This document shows, in pieces, positions 1 through 9,500 of a stretch of DNA of 64,000 nt. Numbering within the stretch: position 1 is the first letter of the stretch; each line of letters begins with the position of its first letter. Below the pieces are notes generated by a model, which was not told the DNA's origin, made no database searches, and saw nothing but the letters and a program-made list of their open reading frames with translations. Made by a program: the position numbers and the translations under genes. Source of the DNA: Hemiscyllium ocellatum (taxonomy: Eukaryota); the NCBI RefSeq assembly GCF_020745735.1, contig NC_083407.1, positions 70,733,857-70,797,856 of the forward strand. Reading direction: 5' to 3'.

Positions 1-541
1 TCTTCAAATCGGTACTTGTTATTATCACCAGTTAAAACTCTGTCATTTTGGATCCATGTAACATCAGGAGTTGGCTCTCCAGAAATTAAACATTCAAACA
101 TTACGGATTCTCCTTCCGCACAACAAATCCTATCCAGTTCTTTCACAACCTGTGGCGGTTCAGAAATTACGTCAAAAGAGAAAGTAAATTTATGCTTTGC
201 AGTCTGTGAGAATGGTTCTTGAGATGAATCCTTGGAATCAAATTTATCTTCTTGCACTAACTGTTTATGCTCCTCATCTTGCTCTGGTGTTGGGGTTGGA
301 GCAGTTATTTTAATTTCAACAGGAGAAGAAAGTAAAGAAAAACCTCTTGGACAAGGTTTGGGCACTGAAGCTTTTGGTAATTGTAAGGTAGATCCTGTTT
401 TAGCAAATTCTGGAAAATATGATTCCATTTCATTTTCAATCAGCTGATCAACATTATCTTCTTCAGTCTTGTTCTCTGGTGCCTCAGTCACATGTATATC
501 AAACCTTTGCAAAGATTCTTCGAACAACTTTGCTTCTGGTT
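1..541 (-). CDS. TTN: Novex-3 second part (linker plus start of third novex-3 Ig), runs off the window
   Basis: Acceptor ttttccag at 543-542, phase 1; EPEAKLFEE...[15 protein letters not shown]...EPPQVVKEL...[18 protein letters not shown] resembles the novex-3 sequence I recall. Confidence 0.9.
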
Positions 542-3500
542 CTGGAAAATAAATGTTATTTTACCTTAATTGAAAATCCTAATTCATAAATATCTAATTA
601 CAACATATTTTAATTTTTTAAAAAGTTCATCAGTAAAGAATGGTGAATCTTACCTTGTATTGTAAGGGTCGCAAATGTGGATGCAGTTCCATATTGGTTG
701 AATATTACACATGCATATACTCCTTCATGTTCTTTGCAAGTGCACCCAATACTCATTGTAGATCTGTTTTCTGTGGAGTGAATATTATAGTCCCTATTTC
801 GAGAAATTGGGCATTCACCCTTATACCAAACTACAGTAGGTTGTGGGTGCCCATAAAACTGGCATTCAAGCTCACATGATTCTCCTTGCTTAATTTCAGA
901 AGATGCAATATGATGGAAAAATGCAGGTGGGCAATGGTTGACTGCAGAAGTCTCTTGTTTTAGAGGTCCTTCTGTCACTACAAATTCAGATTGGCTGCTT
1001 GGTACTTCTGTTGATGTCTCTTCCATGAATGAACTGATGAAACCTGATGTTTTGTTATCCTCTGTTGAGCAAGGCATTTTTCCTGTTTGGATTTTACTTT
1101 TGACTTTCCATTTTTGTTGTGATTCTTTCTGACTAATTTCAGATGTGCTAACCATTGCTGTTTCTCCATCTGTTGATTGATCAGTTGTTCCATGGCCATG
1201 TGCTTGGTTTTCTATCAGAAAGTCTTTGTGCATTCTGGTAACACTGTCAAAAGCTGTCTCATGGCCTTCCCTAAATTCTGTTTTGTCAGGTGATCCTATT
1301 TTGCCAATTGGAGATGGCTTTTTCAATGCACTAACATAGGTTAAAGTTTCCATTTCCTCTGATAAAGGAGAAGTTTTTATCATCCAGGGTGGACTCACAA
1401 TCTTTGCCTCATATTGTGGCTCTTTCTGTTTGATTTTAGCTACACCTATCATTTCAATGCGATTTTCTGCTGATTTGGATTGCTCATGTACATCATGACC
1501 TTCTTCAGGCTTCCCTGATTGCACATCCTCTTGTACATGGTCAAAACCTGCAATCTGTTGGTCAAAAGCTGTTTCATGGTCTTCCATAAGTTCAAATCCA
1601 TATCCAGGTTCTTTTGCATCAATCGCTGTTTTTTTTATCGATGAACTGAAAGAGGTTGGCTCAAGTTTGCTATCTGGCAAAGAAGGATGGAGTATTTGAA
1701 TAGTGTTTCTTGCCATACCTGCAGGTTGTAACTCTTTATGGGAGACTTTAGAAAAGATGGTTGTCTCTATTTGTTTTACCACTGGTTTTGACCTGTTGGA
1801 TGCAGGATGGGCATCTTTAGATATTTCTGCTACAAAATCTCTGTCAGGTACAGTAAAGACATCAGCAGATATTTCTGTTATAAAATCTGTGATAGGTATT
1901 CCATGGACATCGTCAGGTCTTTCTACGACAAAATCTCTGTCAGCTACAGGATGGGCATCTGCAGATATTTCTGTTACAAAATCTCTGTCAGGTATAGTAT
2001 GGACATCTTTACATATTTCTGTTAAAAAATCTCTATTGGGTACGATAGGGGCATCTTTAGTTATTTCTGTTACAACATCTCTGTCAGACACAGAATAGAC
2101 ACCTTCAGATATTTCTGTTATGACATTTCTGTCAGGTACGATGTGGACATCTTTAGATATTTCTGTTACAACATCTCTGACAGGTACAGAATGGACATCT
2201 TTAGATACTTCTGTTACAACATCTCTGTCGCGTGCAGAATAGACATCTTTAGATATTTCTGTTACAACATCTGTGTCGTGTACAGAATGGACATCTTTAG
2301 ATATTTCTGTTACAACATCTCTGTCAGGTACGAAATGGATATCTTTAGATATTTCTGTTACAACATCTGTGTCGCATACAGAATGGACATCAGCAGATAT
2401 TTCTGTTACAACATCTCTGTCGGGTACGATATGGACATCTTTAGATATTTCTGTTACAACATCTCTGTCAGGTATGAAATGAACATCTTTAGATATTTCT
2501 GTTACAACATCTCTGTCAGGTACGAAATGGATATCTTTAGATATTTCTGTTACAACATCTGTGTCGCATACAGAATGGACATCTTTTGATATTTCTGTCA
2601 CAACATCTCTGTCAGGTACGAAATGGACATCAGCAGATATTTCTGTTACAACATCTCTGTTGGGTACGAAATGAACATCTTTAGATATTTCTGTTACAAC
2701 ATCTCTGTCGGGTACGAAATGAACATCTTTAGGTATTTCTGTTACAACATCTCTGTCGGGTACGAAATGGACATCTTTAGATATATCTGTTACAACATCT
2801 CTGTCGCGTACTGAATAGACATCTTTAGATATTTCTGTTACAAAATCTGTGTCGCATACAAAATGGACATCAGCAGATATTTCTGTTACATCTCTGTTGG
2901 GTACGATATGGACATCTTTTGATATTTCTGTTACAACATCTCTGTCGGGTACGAAATGGACATCTTTAGATATTTCTGTTACAACATCTCTGTCGGGTAC
3001 GAAATGGACATCTTTTGATATTTCTGTTGCAACATCTCTGTCGGGTACGAAATGAACATCTTTAGATATTTCTGTTACAACATCTCTGTCGGGTACGAAA
3101 TGGATATCTTTAGATATATCTGTTACAACATCTCTGTCGCGTACTGAATAGACATCTTTAGATATTTCTGTTACAAAATCTGTGTCGCATACAAAATGGA
3201 CATCAGCAGATATTTCTGTTACATCTCTGTTGGGTACGAAATGGACATCTTTAGATATTTCTGTTACAACATCTGTGTCGCGTACAAAATGGACATCTTT
3301 AGATATTTCTGTTACAACATCTCTGTCGGGTACGAAATGGACATCTTTTGATATTTCTGTTGCAACATCTCTGTCGGGTACGAAATGGACATCTTTAGAT
3401 ATATCTGTTACAACATCTCTGTCGCGTACTGAATAGACATCTTTAGATATTTCTGTTACAAAATCTGTGTCGCATACAAAATGGACATCAGCAGATATTT

Positions 3501-6500
3501 CTGTTACATCTCTGTTGGGTACGAAATGGACATCTTTAGATATTTCTGTTACAATATCTCTGTCGGGTACGAAATGGACATCTTTAGGTATTTCTGGTAC
3601 AACATCTCTGTTGGCTATGAAATGGACATCTTTTGATATTTCTGTTATAACATCTCTGTCGGGTACGAAATGGACATCTTTAGATATTTCTGTTACAACA
3701 TCAGTGTCGGGTACGAAATGGACATCTTTAGATATTTCTGTTACAATATCTGTGTCGCGTACAAAATGGTCATCTTTAGATATTTCTGTTACAACATCTC
3801 TGTTGGGTACAGATTGGACACGTTGAGGTATTTCTGTTACAACATCTCTGTCAGCTACAAGATGGGCATCTTTAGATATTTCTGCCAGAAAATCTTTGTT
3901 GAGTGCAGTATGGGTATCTGTAGATATTTCTGTCACAAAATCCCTAGTAGCTATTCCATGGACTCCTTCAGAACTTTCTGTTACAAAATCTCTGTTGGCT
4001 GCAGGATGGGCAGCTGGACATATCTCTTTTACAAACTCCCTCATAGTGCTATCAAAATCTTCAACAAATATTTCTGGAGGTTTCGTGCCAATCTCCTCAA
4101 CATTGGATTTATAAAGAAATTCTTTTGCTTCTACTATTGTTTCACTTGCTGTTGAACTGACAAATGTTGCATTTTCTGTTTTGTTGAATTTACAAGAGGT
4201 TAGTGCTGAAGTGAAGTCTTTAACCTTCACTCCATACTGTTCTTTTTGGCTGAGTTTTGATGCACTAATCACCTCTGTGTGCTTTACTGCTGATCTGAAC
4301 TGATCAGGTATTTGGTTTGCATGGATATTTTCAGATGTTACTGCTGGAGTGTCCTTCTCTGCATGAAAGATACTTCCAAGATTTTTATCAGAAATTGACT
4401 CAGATTCTTCTTGAACATCAAATTCATTTGGAAAGTCTTTTGTTTCCATTGGGATTTGTTTTACCACTGTTCTGGCAAAAGTTGCTGTCCCTCTAGTTTT
4501 TGCTGTCAAGGGAGAATGTCTTAAAGCATGAATGGAAAATGTAAACGGTGTTTCATCTTGTGTTTCATTTTGCCTGTTTTGGGGTGTTCTAATTACCTCT
4601 GCCTGGCTAACTGCTGGTGCAGATTGAGCAGATATTCTATGACAATTCTCAGGTTTCTGAGTTGGTAAATCTCTCTGTACATGAATGAATCTCTCAGGTT
4701 GTTGTCCCAGAGGAGTCTCATGGTCTACCTTACTAGATTTATGTGCAGTATCTTTTACTTCTTTTGGTAGTTCTCTCATAAAAGAACTGACAAAACCTGA
4801 GGTTTCTTGCTCTCGTAAAATAGAGAATGTCATCAGTGGAGTAGAATCTTTAATTTGATCTTCATATTGTATGGCTTCATGATTGACTTTAGAGATGCTT
4901 GGCACATTTTCCTTCGATACTGGTTTTGTTTGATCAGTGATTAAATGGTCAAATCCAGACACCGGTTTTACTGAGACATTCCTAGCCCACTGGTCATGAA
5001 TTGCATTTGGATCTTCTTTGTCTTCAACTTGACACGTTTTGTTCTTTCCTATCATGTTAGCTTCTAATGATGTTCTGAAAATGGTTGAGATTTCTTCTTC
5101 CTCTAAGGAAGAAGGTTTCGGTTTTTGTGTACGTTCTCTCATTATCTCAGCTTTTTCATCAAAACTGGATACATTGACTTCAGTTGTTTTGGAACCATTA
5201 AACATTGACTGGCTATTTTCAATTTCCTTTGCTAGTGAGTTCTGCGTACTTATTAAACTTTCAGACTGCTTATCAGAAAGTAAGCCATGGTCTCCCTTCA
5301 AGTCGGACTTACTTGGATAGTCTTTTAATTCCACTGGAATTTGCTTTATCAGTGTTCTGGTGAATGTTGGGAAATCTGTCTTCCACAACATTTCCATATA
5401 CTCACTGTCTTCAGGCTGTGGTATTTCTTTAATTAACTTTGTTTCTTCAGCTGCTGGTGTGGAAGGTTTCAGAAAAATTCCCTCCTCTTTAGTTAGTAAA
5501 TACCTTTGCATATCATTAGTGGATCCAAACCATTGGTCAGAAAGTGCCTGTGGTTCTTCACAACATTCACTTTCTAGTTCTTCTCTTGTATCATATTCCT
5601 TTTGAAAATACCATTCATCAGTTTTCTGCTCTTCCAATCTATGCTGACTTTTCTGTGAGCATTCTGTCTCTTGAATCAAATTATCTTTCAGAACTTGCTC
5701 TCTGAGTGAATGTGTGTCTTTCATTCTGCAAGACTGCTTAATAATATTTTCTTCAGGAGCTCTCTGTGGTCCTACTTCATGTGAAGGAAGACCTAATATC
5801 CACTCCATTCGATATTTAAATTCAGGACATTCTCTCTGCAAATATTTACCAGATGATAATTCCTGTTCTTGCACAAAATTTGACTTATAACTATCAAAAT
5901 CCATGCGATCAAGGTCCCCCACACTTCTGCTGCGCCCTCTGTCCAAATCAGCATAATTGTATTTCAGATTGCCTTCAGTTGATGCTGTCTCCAAGTCAAA
6001 TGATGCTTCAGAAAATGCAAGAGAAAACCTTTTTCTCCTTTTAGCTTCTCGTAAAAGCTGTAATTTAATTTTAGTGTCTTCATCAATCAAGCTATCCATG
6101 CTGCGAATCCTCCTAAAAAACCTAGATGACTGTATTTCTGCAGAATCATCATTAAACAAATCATGTTTTATTGGCATTCTTTCAAAATACATTGTACGCA
6201 TCAGTTTGCTTTTAGAATTTGACTGCTTATGCAAAATTCCTGGAATCTGATATTTCTTATCAAAAGGAGATCCAACATGTCGGAGATCAACTCTAAGTCT
6301 TGCATTCCTTTTTTTAACTAAAGAGTCTATGCTCTTGTGAGCTATTTCTGATCTTTTCACAAAACTGATATAGTTTGCATTTTGCTCTTCTTTAAGGGCA
6401 ACAAGTAAAGATGCAGTTGCTTCTGCTGAACCCTCAGAATTTATTGCAAATATTCTGTAACTCCCTGAATCTTTCTCTTCTACATTATTGATTTCCAAAC

Positions 6501-9500
6501 TTGAGTTGTGAATATGCATCATGCTTTCTATTTTAATAATCCTTCTTGAATCTTTATGTATAGGTCTGTTGTTATGAAACCATGCAACTGTTGGTGCTGG
6601 ACTAGCAACCAGTTTGCATTTAAAAATAGCTTGCTCTCCTTCCATTACAGATTTGAATTTTAGCTTTTCAGTAAAAGATGGCCTGAAATTTTCAGACCAG
6701 GAACTTATAGAAGATGTTCTGCTTGCACAACGATCAGCAGAAACAAGTTCCTGATCTAAATAATCTTCAGCATCAGAAAAAGCTTCCCGCATGTTTTCTC
6801 TGTTCTCCAAATGTTCTCTCCCGTCACCAAAAAATAATTCTGCAAAAAAAGCATGAAGTTTCAGTTCAAACATTTTAAGAATTAAGTTTAGTACAAATCT
6901 GTAATACAGTGAAATGATGAATGTAATACATAAGCTTTTCCACAAATACTATAAAAATTCACTCACCATATTTGTTCGAATAAACGCAAGACCATTTTCT
7001 GTTTTAATGATTCTGAGCAGGAAAATCGCTCGTTCTTTGTTCCTTCTTCAGACTGTCGTAATTTCTTCTCAAAAATCATTAGAGCGTATGTTTTCAAAAA
7101 AACATAAAGTGATCTCATGACAGAATTTTGTTTTTGTTTTGTAATGTAAAATCTGTCCCTATAATGATTGGGGGATAGTTAGGTTATTACAAGATCTTAC
7201 CTGACTTGCAGACAGCAGAATAAACGCCCTTTCTGATCTTGCAGCATAGATAAATTGTACAGCCAGTTTGGTAAACAAAGTTTTAAAATTTTAATAAATA
7301 GAAGGAAATAAATTTATCTGTAACAGTAATCCTTCTAATTTGCATGAGAAGGCGTTTATTCGAACTAATATAGTTGCTAGATTCACAATGTTACGCAAAA
7401 CTGCCAGCGTACATGAACACATACTGCTATCTGCAAGCCAGTGTAAATACATGAAGATAGACTGATGTCATGTAAATGGAAAAACTAGACACAAAAATGA
7501 AAAATACCCTAACCAAGTTGCTTTAGCAAAATGTACCCTCCAGTCCTCCTAAATACCAGATGCAATTATTATTGTAAAACTTAATGGAAACTCAGAAATA
7601 AATGAGACAAACAAAAGTACTGATTCAAGTAATCACAATATAAACACATACTTCTGGCATTGAATCATTAACTGACAAATAATTGACATTTGAATTAAAT
7701 GCCTCATTATATACCTTATAATAGAACCCGACATGCATCTCAATATATTCCTGCTGCAGCATATTAATTATGATAATAAGCAATTCGAAATTGAAATTTA
7801 GCTGAATTATGAGGAACTAATAATAAAGTAAAGTTGCCTGTAATATAAATATTGAGGTTAAAGGATTATTTTATTTACATCAATATGAAAATGATGTTAA
7901 CAAACCAGACTTGTAAACAAATCAGATAGAAACAGATAACATGTGATTTTGATATTTTGCAATGCAACACAAGTTATTATGATGGCAAAATATCAATGCA
8001 TACAGGGCAGTAAACATTAGAACCTAAAATTGTTATAAAATTAAAGAAATTTTTATCAAATAATGATAAAAGTATTACCTCTCACTTCCATTTCTATTTG
8101 CTGTTCAATTTTGTCTTGAATCTTTTCCTTGACAGCTGCATGAAAATGAATAATATTAAATATCATAGCAAGTATGTAACACCCCTTTTCCATTCCTACA
8201 TTAAAAAAAATGCAAAACAAGAAAATAAAACTAAGAATACATGGACTATGCAAAGACATCCGAAACATACATGCAAAATTGTTACAGTATAGTTGCTAAT
8301 TAGGGTTTCCAGAAGGCTTTACCAGGCAACTGGTTGATTCACAAAGCGAATTCAGACAATTCAGGATTTTACAAAAAAAAGTTCATTCTCCATTTTGTTC
8401 TGTACCAAAACATCAAACATGCCTCAACATGCCTATTCTGATTTCAGGAAAAAAAGAAATGCAATAATCCACAGGTCAAAAGATGACTTTCTGCAAAGAA
8501 TCTTTCTATGAGATGTGCTGAGATGCATGATAGAGTCACATTGGGAAGGACCAAAGCATGCAATTGCCAACCTGTCACTCTAAGTAGTGTGTTGCACGCT
8601 GTTTCTCCAGCAGAGTTAACCGCTTTGCATGAATAAGTGCCACTGTGGCTTTGGCTGACTTTCTGTAACTTTAAACTGCATAGCAACCCATCATGTTTAA
8701 TGGAACACAATGAAGACTCTTCAACTATGCGTTGGTTGTACAGCCAAAGTACACAAGGTGATGGTACACCTTTTACAAGGCAAAACAGTAAAACATCTTC
8801 TCCATTTTGTGCAATGACTTCTGGTGGCAACTTTTCTAAGAACATCGGTGCTATGGCTCCAGTGTCTATCAGTTCATCGAAGGGCACTACGTCAGGATAA
8901 TAGTCGTGACTTCTTGGCTTCTCTCTTCCAATTGGCCTTTTGGTTGAAGATGGTGGTGGGCTTGATGGCTTCTTTAATACTTCTGGTTTGCTATCAGATG
9001 TAATGTGTGGCCTTTGTTCAGTTTTAGTGCTATCTGAATTGCTATCAGTGGGAATTTTTGCACCTGTTTTGGGTTGTGATTCTTCAGCTATGCAAGAATA
9101 AAATCAGGATAAATGTTAACTGTCTTATCAATTTCAGCAAAGTAAATATTTGTACAATTTTATAACAGCAAGACTCAGTGTTTGCAATAATACATGCATA
9201 TTGGTGTGATGAAATGTCTAGTGTTAAGTTTTATATAAATCACTAACTAAACATTTTTAATTAAAATTAAAAGGTAAATTTAGAATTTTCTTAACACGAT
9301 ACTAGACTTATTTGGGAAATGAAACAATGAAGTGGATGGATCTGGATTTTGTTTGTAAATAAAATTATAAACAACCACCTTCAACTATTAGTACAGCAGT
9401 AGTCTTCATTTCACCACCTTCATTTCTTGCAGTACAGCTGTACTGTCCCTGATCTTCTAAGTGCACATTAAGGATTGTGAGTGACATGACATTTCCAATC

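Noticed and set aside
1795-4025. Regular 48-bp array resembling a CRISPR locus
   Set aside because: There are no unique spacers; the whole unit repeats and encodes an in-frame peptide in a eukaryotic exon.
1703-4155. Plus-strand ORFs ([12 protein letters not shown]..., [10 protein letters not shown]...)
   Set aside because: Antisense shadows of the coding repeat, broken by stops, with no independent evidence.
6840-6945. Hydrophobic N-terminal extension of ORF 610-6945 that looks like a signal peptide
   Set aside because: It starts at TTG, lies upstream of a strong acceptor at 6840 and is intronic in composition.
6967-7152. In-frame 186-bp coding cassette using the AG near 7153 and donor 6966
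   Set aside because: The length and phase fit, but it hits TGA after 12 codons.
7261-7380. MEF2 or CArG sites supporting an internal promoter
   Set aside because: AT-rich candidates (ctatttatta, ctatattag) do not match the YTAWWWWTAR or CCW6GG consensus.
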